A stretch of DNA of 64,000 bases, taken from NCBI RefSeq assembly GCF_009914755.1, contig NC_060936.1, one strand, 5' to 3'. Both the position numbers and the translations under genes were made by a program. Below, piece by piece: positions 1 through 16,133 of the stretch; the first letter of the stretch is position 1, and each line of letters starts with the position of its first letter. Source of the stretch: the human T2T-CHM13v2.0 reference genome, Homo sapiens. The notes beneath the pieces are model-generated. The model made no database searches and was not told where the DNA came from. It was given only the letters and a program-made list of their open reading frames with translations.

Positions 1-279
<279 letters not shown>

Positions 280-731
280 AATCTAGTAAGGTCATATTCA
301 AGAAAAGGAGAAGCATCAACAGTTAATCAAGTAACCACTGGGTATAAAAACATACTTAAACTAATTTTACCATCAAAAAAACCTCCTAACCTAGCTAGAG
401 CTAATATATTTGCTTATTTTCACAGTATTTAAGTTTTGCCCTACAGAAAGATTTCACAGAGTATTTTAAAAAGACAAAATGGATTTCCTTAATAGTAATA
501 GAAAACTTTCACCTTTCAGATCTTTAATATTCTTCGCTTGTTAGTACTAACTTTCATTGTAAAAGTTCCTTTTATATTCAAATATGGTGCTCCACACACA
601 GTGAATGTGCAGTAAGTACCTGTTAACTAGAAAGAGTATTTAATACATTGAGAAAAGATGTACTATATTAAATAGTTTTCAGTTTGTCTTTACAAATCCT
701 TTAAGCATTTTACCTGCCTTCTAACAGCTAA

Positions 732-1075
<344 letters not shown>

Positions 1076-1374
1076 AAGATGTTTTCTTAAATTAATATTT
1101 TTCTAAAAGATTTTATAGCTCTTAGGTAATACTCTTAAATCTTTTCCATATCGATATCTAATTAGTCCATTCCAGGGCTCGGAAAAAACTTTATTTTATT
1201 TAGGCCGTACCCATATGTTACATGGAGACAAGACAGCAGAGTCTAAAATACTATATTTTGGCCAAAAAATATATGTTGAAATCCTGAACTATATGGATTA
1301 TTCATCCTGTAAGAGAAAACATGCCTTCCATAGCCAAATCATTCTGATATTTCCCCACATATGTAAAAATTTTG

Positions 1375-1523
1375 GGCGAGGCATGGTGGCTCACACCTGT
1401 AACCCCAGCACTTTGCGAGGCCAAAGCAGGAGGATTGCTTGAGGCCAGGAGTTTGAGACCAGCCTGGGCAACATAGTAAAATTCTGTCTCTATATTTTAA
1501 AAAAAAGTTAAAAATTAAAAAAT
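1375..1523 (+). mobile_element. FLAM-type Alu left monomer
   Basis: Single left arm plus A-rich tail. Confidence 0.8.
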
Positions 1524-2211
1524 ACATTAAAATGTCACTAGACCCTTCACCAGAACATTTTAGTAAATTTTTGCTAACTCCAAAGCTACCTACAGACTGC
1601 CTAGATTTTTTCAGTTTCAGTCTTACTACATGTAAGACTACAGGGACAGTTCTTTCATTTACAGTTCCATCAAACTAGATTTTTTTAAGTGATACATCTT
1701 CTTTGCATTTTCTGAATAGCACATTTAGATATGGTAAGACCTGTACTAACCAAGAAACTGTCAAAACTGCTTTTGATTGGCATGGGAATTTAGACTCCAT
1801 GCTTTCTTTCTGCAGGTTTGGTGAGAGGACTGGTGGAATGGAGTGCTTCTTGCATAACCATCCCACAATACGGAAGGATGCTCACCATGTATCTAATAAA
1901 GACAGATGCATGTGAGGTCTTTTAATTCAATTTCTCTTCTCCAAGGGAGCTTTGTTTTAGCAAATAGCAGTAATTCTCCACACCAGTGTAATTGCTTTCC
2001 AAAATTAACAGATGTTTCCTGTACATTCTGGAAGCCTGGTCAGTGGGACACTGGTTTACTCAAAATGCAGCTGGATTCTGACTTCACACAAGCAAAAGCA
2101 GTGTTTAACCTGACCACTGTTTGCTCAGATGTGACTACTTAATTTGTGCCAGGTATCTGCTGGGGCCAAGGATACAAAGGTGTTGTAATCTCTCACAATA
2201 TTTATTCTTAC

Positions 2212-2860
2212 ATAGTTGTCCCTGGGTATCTGTGGGGGATTGGTTTCAGGACCCCCCACAGAGACCAAACTCCATGGATGCTCAAGTCCCTTATATAAAA
2301 TGGTATGGTACTTGCATATGAACTACATATATCCTCCTGTATACTTTATTTATTATTATTTTGAGACAGTTTCGTTCTTGTTGCCCAGGCTGGAGTGCAA
2401 TAGCACGGTCTCAGCTCACTGCAACCCCACCTCCAGGTTCAAGCAATTCTCCTGCCTCAGCCTCCCAAGTAGCTGGGATTATAGGCACCCGCCACCACGC
2501 CTGGCTAATTTTTTTGTATTTTTAGTACAGATGGGGTTTCACCATATTGGCCAGGCTGGTCTCGAACTCCTGACCTCAGGTGATCCACCTCCCAAAATGC
2601 TAGGATTACAGGCATGAGCCACCACTCGCGGCTCCTCCTGTATACTTTAAATCACTGTTAGACTACTTATAACCAACTAATATAAATGCTACACAAATAG
2701 TTGTTATATTATTTAGGGAATAATGACAAGAACTAAAAGTCTAAAAGTCTGTACATGTTCAATACAGATGCAACCATCCATTTTCCCCCAAAATTTTTTC
2801 AATAAGCAGCTTAGTGAATCCATGGGTGTGCAACTGATGAATACAAAGAGCAGAATGTAC
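2212..2860 (+). mobile_element. MER2 (TcMar-Tigger) DNA transposon split by an Alu
   Basis: GGGGGATTGGTTTCAGGACCCCC...GATGCTCAAGTCCCTTATATAAAATGG resumes after the Alu at 2633. Confidence 0.8.
2349..2632 (-). mobile_element. AluS inserted in MER2
   Basis: Alu consensus; TSD TCCTCCTGTATACTTTA at 2332-2348 and 2633-2649. Confidence 0.92.
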
Positions 2861-3084
2861 ATGTATTTTTTAGGGGGGAAGCAGAGGGAGGTTAACAAAA
2901 TGTTATGATAGAATGATGAGTTGGTGCTGTGCAACAGTAGAAGACCAAGGAAAGGGGTCCATTGTACTGTTTGATATGTAGTTAAAATCAATATAGTAAA
3001 TGTTAGCTATTTTTATTATACCATAAACAGGATATGCCAGGCAATATGCTAGAGAAGGGAGTGGAGGCACAATGTACAAAAATT

Positions 3085-3530
3085 CACTTCCTCATTCATT
3101 CTTTCAATAAATATTTACTAAGCACCTATGTGTCAGGCACTGTTCTGGGCACTGAGGACAAGGCAGTGTAACAAAATTTAGGATCCCCCATCCATGCAGG
3201 CTGTTTTCTAGTAGGAGAGACACATAAGCAAACAAGTAGATAATATACTGACAAGAAGAGGCAGTGTTAGAAAGGAAGAACGAGATGAGTGGATGGAGAA
3301 CAATGGGGAAGATTGGGAGGGGAGTGTATTTTGTTACCTTTCCTACATTGGAAGGGGAGGATTTCCACAAAAGGTAGCATGTGAATTAGGTCTAGAAAGA
3401 TGAAAAATTCTCTGTCTGGGAAAAGGGTTTTTTAGGTAGTGGAACAAAGCCATGAGAGAAGAGCATGTTTTGGAATGTAGAATGTGGTCAATTTTGTGTA
3501 GATGGGCAATAAGATGATCAGACTGGGAAG
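3085..3530 (-). mobile_element. L2 3' fragment
   Basis: CATTCATTCTTTCAATAAATATTTACTAAGCACCTATGTGTCAGGCACTGTTCTGGGCACTG. Confidence 0.7.
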
Positions 3531-3881
3531 GCAGACTGCCATAATGTGATATTACTGCACACCTGTCAGCATTGCTAAAATAAAAAACAGTGACAACTAC
3601 CAAGTGCTGGTGAGGTGTGCAGACACTGGGTCACTCATACATCGCTGGTAGGAAAGCAAAATGGTATACCTACTCTGGAAAACAGTTTGGCAGCTTCTTA
3701 TAAAACTAAACATGCAATTCCCACACAACCCCTAATTGCACTTTTGGGCATTTATTCCAGAGAAATGAAAATATATTCACACAAAAACCTGAATATGAAT
3801 GTTCATGACAGATTTATTTGTAAAAGCCAAACAGTGGAAATGGCCCAGATGTCCTTTAAGTGAAATACTACTAATATTTAG

Positions 3882-4824
<943 letters not shown>

Positions 4825-4843
4825 TGATTCCATTTTATATAAC

Positions 4844-5133
<290 letters not shown>

Positions 5134-6271
5134 TTATATAACATTTTTAAACAACAAAACAATCTGAAATAGACTAGTGGTTGCCAGGGGTTGACGGGAA
5201 GAGGTGGGAGGGGGGTGGGTGTGGGTATAAAAGGACAAGAGGGGTCTTGGTGGTGATGGAATGGTGAAGATGGAGATGCAAACCTACACATCTAATAAAA
5301 TTATATAGAATTAAATACACATGTGAGTACAAGTAAAAACGGGGGGAATCTAAAGATCAGTGTGGATTCTGTCAATGTTAATATACTAGTTGTGATTCTT
5401 TACTATAGTTCTATAAAATATTACCATTAAGGGAAACTAGCTGAAGCAGACTAGTTTCTCTCTCTATTGTTTCTTTGCCACATGTGAATCTACAGTTATA
5501 TCGATAAACATTTCAATTAAAAACAGTAATAAACCACATTGCAAATTCCTCCTGGGTAAGAACTATCCTTAATTTCTATGCTGTTTTTTCACTTCCACTT
5601 CCAAATGCCGAGAGCAGCCTCAGATAAGGACATAATCGGAGGTAATTTATTTGTTTCCTGGTTTTCCTGAGGGGACATGAAGTTTACTGACTTCTATAAA
5701 AGTAAAATCTATTATTTTGCTATAAATTTTATATTTAAAATGCCATATAAATTCTATGAAATAAAATCTAACAATCCAAATCTCTCTGAAGCACCTGATT
5801 AGCTACAACGGACTAAAATCACCTGACAACATCCCCTCCAGCAGGTAAAATGTCACTATGTTTACATAAGAATCAGAGATCTCTGAAATCAACTGTCATC
5901 AGGTAGGAATCTCTGCCAAAGAATACTGGCAGATTGAGGCCACAGGACTTCACCAGGTTCTATAACAAAAGCCTTCAGAGCAGCATCACACCACTGTCCC
6001 TTGGCCATCCTCTGTTTTGTTTTTAGCATAAAACAGGGAAAGGCAGGAAACAAGCGATGAAAGGCAGTGAAATGGACACGTACCTACACCTGTAGACTAA
6101 AAACTGAAAGCCTATACTTATATGCCCTTTGATAACGAAATGTCCTGGCAACCAGGCCAACTGTGTCGCTATTTGTGGGTAGATTTTAATTTAATTTGAG
6201 AGGAAAAAAAATTACAAATTCATTAAAAAGTCAGAATTATAGGATATTTTAAATAAAATACAGTTTGAAAG

Positions 6272-6945
6272 GGCCGGGCATGGTGGCTCACGCCTGTAAA
6301 TCCCAGCACTTTGGGAGGCTGAGGCGGGCGGATCACCTGAGGTCGGGAGTTCGAGACCAGACCTGGCCATGTTGGCCACGTTGGCCATGTTGGCCATGTT
6401 GGCCAGGTCTGGTCTCGAACTCCCGACCTCAGGTGATCCGCCCGCCTCAGCCTCCCAAAGTGCTGGGATTACAGGCGTGAGCCACCACGCCTGGCCTTAT
6501 ATAACATTTTTAAACAACAAAACAATCTGAAATAGACTAGTGGTTGCCAGGGGTTGACGGGAAGAGGTGGGAGGGGGGTGGGTGTGGGTATAAAAGGACA
6601 AGAGGGGTCTTGGTGGTGATGGAATGGTGAAGATGGAGATGCAAACCTACACATCTAATAAAATTATATAGAATTAAATACACATGTGAGTACAAGTAAA
6701 ACCGGGGGAATCTAAAGATCAGTGTGGCCAAACATGGCCAAACCCCGTTTCTACTAAATATATAAAAATTAGGCAGGTGTGGTGGCGCACGTCTCTAATC
6801 AGCTACTTGGGAGGCTGAAGCAGGATAATCGCTTGAAACCGGGAGGCGGAGGTTGCAGCGAGCTTGAGATCACGCTGCTGCACTCCAGCCTGGGTGACAG
6901 AGCTAGACTCTGTCTACAAAACAAAACAAAACAAAACAAAAAAAC
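6272..6945 (+). mobile_element. AluS interrupted by a templated insertion of about 358 bp
   Basis: The left arm stops at 6369, resumes at about 6728 and ends in an (AAAAC)n tail. Confidence 0.9.
6453..6727 (+). repeat. Near-identical direct copy of 5090-5365
   Basis: Base-by-base match except AAAAACGGGGGG vs AAAACCGGGGG. Identical 61-aa track ORFs at 5106..5291 and 6469..6654. Confidence 0.96.
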
Positions 6946-7074
6946 ATTTTGAGTAATTTCGTATTTTTAAATATACCTTTAACAGCCAAGTACAGTTTTT
7001 CAAATCAGTTTGGCTCTACAGAAGCCTGTTACATAATTAGCACAGTAACAGCAGGTTGTGCATAGAAGGAAGTT

Positions 7075-7325
7075 ATTATTTATTTATTTAGAAACAAGGT
7101 CTTGCTACGTTGCCCAGGCTGGTCTTGAACTCCTGGACTCCAGTGATTCTCCTACCATGGCCTCCCAAAGTGCTGGAGGCCACGCCCAGCTAATTTTTTG
7201 TCTTTTTAGTAGAGACGGGGTTTCACTATGTTGGCCAGGCTGGTCTCAAACTCCTGACCTCGTGATCCACCCACCTTAGCCTCCCAAAGTGCTGGGATTA
7301 CAGGCGTGAGCCACTGCACCTGGTC
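7075..7325 (-). mobile_element. Chimeric Alu (two left-arm-type segments)
   Basis: Two CCTCCCAAAGTGCTGG left-arm motifs and no complete right arm; AGAAGGAA on both sides. Confidence 0.75.
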
Positions 7326-7379
7326 AGAAGGAATTTAAATATGCTTTCTATACTATGACTATGGCATTTATTCACTTAA

Positions 7380-7735
<356 letters not shown>

Positions 7736-7952
7736 GATGACAAATTAAAAAGTCACAAAGAGGCATCTCAATCCGTTTTACCTTGGAAGTAGATTCAGCA
7801 AGCCTTTTGGGAGACAGGGTCAGTGACTATAACCTGTGTTCCAGTAATGCTAGCAGTGGTTTGCCTAAGAACTTCTCTCAACTTATAGCCAGACTGAACA
7901 TGCTCCCTCATCCAGTATCCAGGTCCTACTCTCTCACAATTCAATATGCTCA

Positions 7953-8255
7953 GGCCAGGCACGGTGGCTCATGCCTGTAATCCCAGCACTTCAGGAGGCC
8001 GAAGTGGGTGGATCACTTGAGGTCAGGAGTTTGAGACCAGCCTGGCCAACATGGTGAACTCCGTCTCTACTAAAAATACAAAAATTAGCCCAGTGTGGTG
8101 GTGTGCACCTGTAATCCCAGCTACTCAGGAGGCTGAGGCAGAAGAATCGCTTGAACCTGGGAGGTGGAGGCTGAAGTGAGATCACGCCACTGCACTACAG
8201 CCTGGGCAACAGAGCAAGACTCTGTCTCTAAAAAATAAAAACAAACAAACAAAAA
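7953..8255 (+). mobile_element. AluS
   Basis: Alu consensus. Confidence 0.9.
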
Positions 8256-9234
8256 GAACCCCAAAAGGCTCCATAAAGCCTTCCTTCTCTAAGAAATCTT
8301 CAACTAATTAGAGGGAACATATCACCTGCGTCTTTTGGGGGACTATACCCCTACCATTCATTTAAATCTATTTTTTCCCTAAGTTAATAAGGGTATTATC
8401 TTATTACAAAAAGTATTTTAGCCTTACAAAATATTTACTTTGGGGACCCATAAATAACATTATTAAATAAAAGTGCTTTAGACGTCAGAATGTACTTGAC
8501 AGAGAGAACAAAATGAGAAACAGGGATAAACTGGTTAAAAAAAGCAGCTCTCATGTAAATCAGTGGGGAAATATGAGACATGCATAATCCTTTCCATGCC
8601 ATTAACGTCCACATGCAACTAGTAAATGACAGGAATCATATTTAACTTGCTTTGAATAGCAGCCACCACCTACCGGACTAAATGCAAATATGACATAATG
8701 AATTCAGTTTCCAACCTTTGAAACACCTATTACCTAACCACAAGAGCTTTCCAATCAATGAACTCTTCCTGCATGAAAAATCTGGGGTCTCTAAAAATGC
8801 TCATTAATTTCTATTCCTATCACTGCAGGTGTCTCTGTGTTTTCCCTCTAAATAGTGAACAAATTAAAGACAGAAATAGTTTGTCCCTTGTGGTCCCTTG
8901 GGTAGAAGATTCACAGACCTCTACCAATATTAATAATAAAAAATAAAATAATAGTGAAACCATGGCTCACAGCAAAGCACAACATCAACATGTTCTGATT
9001 AAATGTCAGTCTGTCTCAGGATCAGAAAACTTGGTTCCATACTTCAGTTTATCTACAAGTTAGCTCTGTGCCCTTGAGCAAGTTATTCAACCCCATTAAG
9101 TCTTAGTCTCCTCATCTGTTAAAGAAAACAATAATATCTATCTTAAAGGACAAAAGGGACGAAATGGTACACGCAAGAGCTCCTAGCATAATGCTGGCAT
9201 ATCGGAAATCTTGAGTAAATCCAAGCGATTACTA

Positions 9235-9530
<296 letters not shown>

Positions 9531-10410
9531 CACGATTACTATTAAGCCTAAAACTCATGCTATTTATGTGAATGGCACTTCTAATCCTTCCTCTTGTCTG
9601 GTTCATAGACTTTTGGTGAGGTGGAGTAAAAACTGGATTGATGGGGAGTCAGTTTGGGGGAAGAAAGTTTTGTTAACGTGTATTAGTAGCATCAGATTAT
9701 TTGTTTGCTGAAAGTTTCTGCCTGGTTTGAATATTCACCTTGCTGAAATCACCATTTTAAAAACAGCCATATAATTCTGTGTTCATATGCATCTGTGTGT
9801 GGGGCCTCCTTCCTCACAGCGGTAACAACACTGTTACAAAAGGAGAAAAAAGTGCAATGATGCAAGTAAACCTGAACCTTTGTGCAACAACTAAGATCAC
9901 TTTCGTCTTCTAAATTTTGCTCACTTTCTCTATAAGGCTTTCCACCCCAGCATTAGAAGCTCCAGGCTGGAGCTCTGGTTTTGGAATTTCCCATTTCTGT
10001 GGTGTGGGCAAAGTCGACAAGTCTTCACGGGCTTTGGTTGCATCAGTGAGTGAAGAGACTTTACTGCATGATTTATAATGATTCCTTTAGTTCTAAACTT
10101 TAATGATCCTAAGACTATATTTAACCTAAAATCATTAACAGACATATGTTAATTTCTCACTTTTTTCAAACCACTTGATTACACAACAAAAAAAAATCCT
10201 TATTTATTTTTTTCTTACCCCCAGACTTCTAAAAGACTAAGATTTCAGAAACTTTTGTTATCAAGCAAATCATACCTGGACTTGTAAACGATTTCATTAT
10301 CTATCCCTGCCTTCCTCCCCAGTAAGAAGGGCAGTAGAGATGGACTGTGCTTTATCTGCATGTTTTTAGTGGAGCTATGGAAAGAAAAATTAAGTAGTGG
10401 AAAAGCTACC

Positions 10411-10680
10411 TTTTTTTTTTTTTTTTTTTTGAGATGGAGTCTTGCTCTTTTGCCCAGGCTGGCTCAATCTTAGCTCACTGCAGCCTCTGTTTCCCATGTT
10501 CAAGCAATTCTCCTGCCTCAGCCTCCTGAGTAGCTGGGACTACAGGCACGTGCCACAACACCCAGCTAATTTTTGTATTTTTAGTAGAGACGGGGTTTCA
10601 CCACATTGGCCAGGCTAGTCTCGAACTCCTGATCTCAAGTAATATGCCTGCCTGGGCCTCTCAAAGTTCTGGGATTACAA
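10411..10680 (-). mobile_element. AluS, 5'-truncated with a small internal deletion
   Basis: TSD AAAAGCTAC. Confidence 0.88.
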
Positions 10681-12750
10681 AAAGCTACATTTCTACACTG
10701 AAATCCCTTTCTTCTTGGGACTGTGGGATACATCAAAAGACCAAAAGAAAGTTAGGGAAGGTGGGGATAAGCTACAAATTATTCCTTCTTTATACATTTT
10801 GTCGACTTAAAACTACAGTTGCCCAACAATTCAAAATCAGAACTGCTTTTCAGATATAAAACAAAACAAAACAGGCTATTCTAAGTTTATTAAAAACCAT
10901 ATCTACTCTTTAATTTCTAATGTTTCATACGATACTAACATATGCCAAAGTATGTCAACTGTTATAAATGTTATCAAAAAAACTGACTTCAAAAAATAAA
11001 TGATCTAAGTAAAACATGAAGTTTTCGACTGAATCCACAGGAGCTAAAAGAACAAGCAGTTACACCATTTCAAACATAAAAAGCCTAAATGTGTTTGTTT
11101 TCCTTTTAATTTTTATGGAAACATCAGGGGGAAACTGGTTTTCTTTGTTCAGTGTTTATTATTTCACCTTTCCTGCATCAGAAACCAAAATACTTTGATA
11201 AATGGGAGAGTCTGGTAAACAGACCCTTGAAGATGAGGGCTCAGAACCACTAATCCATCGCATTTCCATCACTGTTCATTTTTCATGAAATCACTTAACC
11301 ACCATAACTCAATTTCTTTGCATATAAAAGGGTAACACAGCAACCTTACTCCAATTCATGCTTATATAGAACCAAAAGGGGGCCTATAATAAATGCAAAC
11401 AAGAAGGGCTGAGAAACCTGGGAAAGAAAACTGAAAGAAGACAGCTGTTCTTCCCAGAAATACAATCATCATATTTACTCCACTGACAGTCTATTTGGCC
11501 ACTCCTATTTTTATTGCTCCAATCATAGATTATCTCTGCCTGCTGTCAAAACTACTTACAAATACAGTTTTTGCTCCAGAGATCCACGAACACAATTACC
11601 AGAAGCAGGCTAAGCCACCGAAGTAGTTTTTCCATACCACCCAGAAGAAAGTAGGCAGTTCCATTCCTGAACTTAAGACACTCAGCATTAAAAAAAGGCC
11701 AGTACTTCTTTGTAGCTACCCACACCCAAATGTGCTATAACACGAACTGTTCTTTGTACCTAACATAGTTTCAAGAAAGTATTAAAATAAATAGGCTGAT
11801 ATAAACATGTCTAGTCTGCTTTTTTTTTTTTAATCCAAAAGGGCTTCCCTAAAGACCAAATTTATCTATGCGATTCCAGGAATAGATAATGAATTTTTAA
11901 AAAATGTCTAGAAGAACATAAAAAGCTATCAAATGTAATATACAAGCACAGGCATTACTTATGAATATGTGAAATATGAATACTCATTCCCTTCCATAAA
12001 GACACACGCCCAGATCTGGAATTCCCCTGAACCACCTGGAAGATCAGGGAGATAAAAGTTCATCTCCACCTCTTCATCCTGTTCCCTTCCCCCTTGCTAT
12101 TTCCCTCCTCAACACACTAACCTTTCCCTTCTTGAAGGCACCATCATTCAAGAGTCACAAAAGCCATTTATTTAACTTCACTGCTGTTTTATTACTGCCA
12201 TAGTCTCATTTCCTATTACTTTCTATCACATTTTTCATATATTAGAAGCTAAATATGTTCTTGTGGGCGGGCTGGGAAAGCAACCCCCACTCAGTTATGA
12301 CTACTGCAAAAATGCATTCCGATTTCCAAACACCCTACTGCTAGGTTTTATCCATTCCTTGACTGAAGGATGATTGTCTGATTACCTTTATATATCAGGT
12401 CATTACAAGAAGTGCAAATACTTAGGAGAACATAGTGGGCCCTCCTTGTCACCCTCCCCACTTCTGCCCTTCCCAAAAGACTTACACTGGGGACATTTCT
12501 CTAGGACCTAGGTCAGAAATTCACTTTACAAAGCAATGTTTGTCTCACTGATTAACTCAAATTTTATAAAAACAAAATAATCATATCCTTGGCTAAATTT
12601 AAGATTTTTAGATCTTTATTATTCAAGAACTTGATGAAAACACAGCAATGGAAAACTAGTTAGCTCTAAAAATAATAATGCAATCTTTTATTCTCCCAAA
12701 GTGTGCAAATTTCAGCTATCTCAAAAAAATGTTTTACTAAGCAGGACAGA

Positions 12751-12752
<2 letters not shown>

Positions 12753-12797
<45 letters not shown>
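12753..12797 (+). repeat. (AC)22 microsatellite
   Basis: Uninterrupted dinucleotide run. Confidence 0.97.
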
Positions 12798-12798
<1 letters not shown>

Positions 12799-12904
12799 CT
12801 TCTTCTTCCATACATTTTTGTAGTCTATATTTTTTTCTTCTATCTCTAAAAATATGTCTCTAAAAGTGTAGAGTGACAGTCTACCACACAAAAACATACA
12901 TATG

Positions 12905-13221
12905 GGCTGGCCGCGGTGAGTCATGCCTGTAATCCCAACACTTTGGGAGGCCGAGGTGGGCTGACTTGAGGTCAGGAGTTCAATACCAGCCTGGCCAACA
13001 TGGTGAAACCCCATCTCTATTAAAAGTACAAAAAATTAGCTGGGCATAGTGGCAGTGCCTGTAATCCCAGCTACTCAGGAGGCTGAGGCAGGAGAATCTC
13101 TTCAACCCAGGAGGTGGAGGTTGCAATAAGCCAAGATTGCACCACTGCACACCAGCCTGGGCGACACAGTGAGACTCCATTTCCCAAAAAATAAAATAAA
13201 ATAAAATAAAATAAAATAAAA
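12905..13221 (+). mobile_element. AluS with (AAAAT)n tail
   Basis: Alu consensus. Confidence 0.9.
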
Positions 13222-13303
13222 TATCATTTATCTGCTTTGGCAGGAAATGAGACCAAAGTAACACAGCTGGACAAAATACTGCAATTTAATTCCTAATATT
13301 TAA

Positions 13304-13498
<195 letters not shown>

Positions 13499-15777
13499 TA
13501 AAAGGAAAAAAGAACAGCTTTATTGCCAAGAAAGAAAACCCAATGCTTCTGCTGCAATTTCAAATGCAGGGTAAGTATGCAAACAAACAGATTTGCCAGA
13601 ACTGTGTGGCTACAATTCTAACACGAGAAACACAAAGTTAAAGAGGCATACAGATTTTTTACATTTCCTGAGCTGTCTCTGAAAATAACTTACAGGAAAG
13701 GGCTGCTGTTGAATATCAGTCCCAACCCCCACCTTCTAACTGTGCATAATCTTAACTGTGCTACGACAACATGGAAATGTTCATAGGCTGTTAATGTATA
13801 CTCTAATCCTTACATTGAAATCCAACAATACCATGAGGTGGTAAATGTAACCAAAGAGAGAGGTCTTCTAGACTAGGTTTCCTGATTTACAATGAAAATC
13901 CCATAATAGGACTTGCAGTGTCATTCAGCAGCTCTTCAAGACCAGTCTCAAATTTAAAATGGGGAGAAACAAAAACTTAGTACTTTCTTTCATCAGAGAT
14001 GAGGGTATACTGATTCATTTAAAAGAAATAATTTTGAAGTTCAATTTATGTTGAATTCTGGTGCTTGAAGACCAAAAGATAAATCCAAACCTGTCAAATG
14101 ACAGGCACTTCTGGGCAAAGTTTCAAGGGACAACAATCCACATTTCTGATTCCACTTCCTCTCTTCTCAGTCCCAGTTTGCAATCTGGCTCCTTCTCCAA
14201 CAGTACCACTAAAACTGCTCTCACCAACATTAAAAAACAACCTCCTAAACACCAGATCTAATCACGCCCATTTAAAAAAGACTTGGTTCAAGTGTTGCCA
14301 TGTAGGTGATGTTTTCTTTAATACCCTATTCAGGGTACAACTAAGAAAAAGACAACTAATTAGTAAAACCATGTATTATAAATTTCTGTCACCTCAATGG
14401 GCAGAAGTTCCTTGGGAGTAGGCATCACTTTTCACCTTTGAAAGTACAATGCTTGACATATGGTCAGTATCTGTGAAATAAATAAATCGAGGGTTTGCTA
14501 AGTTGCCTAGGAAAACCCAATTATCATACTTTTTCTTTGAAATATTTATAATAAGAACAAATTGAAACAACACAGGAAAAACTTGGAATGTTTCCAGGGA
14601 CAGTTTTCTTTATAGAATCAAGAAATCTGCCTCAATTTCAAAAAGGAAATTCCAACATTTGGACACTATTATTTTGCTGATTTGTCTATAGCCCTTGAAT
14701 AAGGGTTACAGACAAAGGCTCAAAGGCTCAAATTTTAGGAACTTCTCTCTGAACATCAAACTTCTTAAATAAAAATAGTAGTAAATGGGTACCCATCACC
14801 TGAATATCAATAAGATAGAAAGATCCTTTGCCTGCTGGCTATTTTATGTTTATTATATCTGAAACATTTCAAGGAAGAGGTCTCATAACTATACTCCCAA
14901 AATGTCAGAATAATCCAGAGTGGCTCACAGTTGCACTACCAACAAAACTGCCTCTGAGAACCCGGAGCGGTGACTAAATGATGACCTATCTGGAACACCT
15001 AAAGCTATGGTTTCTCCAGCCATGGGAACTTCCCTTCCAGTCTCCTTCATCTTCAGGTTTGGCTGTTCGTCCTTTCTCCTCTGGGGTTTCTCAGTGCCAC
15101 TCCTTACACCCTCATCCAGTCTCCTCCTCTGGTTTCTTCTACTCACTCTGCCAGGCATCAGAAACTCAATTAGCCGAATGATGCAGTTAGCAAAGGAGAA
15201 CGGGGAGGGAAAGAGAGAAGGGATTGGAATAAGAAGAAAAGGAGGTAGAGAAACTCACTGCCTACTAATTCCCAGCCACTACCCTACCCTTCCCCCTTAT
15301 CACTCCTGACGACTTTCAGTCTTCCACACAGCTCACCCAGCCCCCAGTTTCCTCATTCTTCCTTAGTCATCTCATCCTTCCCACAAACCCTGGGGCCCCA
15401 GGCCTTGTAGATTTGCTCCTCTGAGATCCCAGGTGCTTAACCCCACCCTGGCTACCGCCTCAGCCCCAGCTTGCATCACAGGGACACACGTGCATGCACG
15501 CGCACACACACACACACATACACAGTCAGAGATAATTCACCTCCCTTGGGCTGGGGTAGGGAGAGGAGTGGAGGGGAAGACAGGGCAGTAATGGTTAATA
15601 TAACCTGCGGACTAAACTGAGGACTTCACCACCATTTCAAAGCTGTTTCTTTGGGAAATACACTCTGAGTTCCAAATTACCATGAACTTTTAGAACACAA
15701 TCCTTTTAGGAATTGGGGACTGCCTACAACTACTTTCTGATAAATTGTAAACATGTTGTTATAAATTTGTAAATGTA

Positions 15778-16133
<356 letters not shown>

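Noticed and set aside
6370-6405. 9-bp repeat array superficially resembling a CRISPR-like or coded repeat
   Set aside because: No spacers and a eukaryotic context; explained by slippage at the Alu TGGCCA palindromes.
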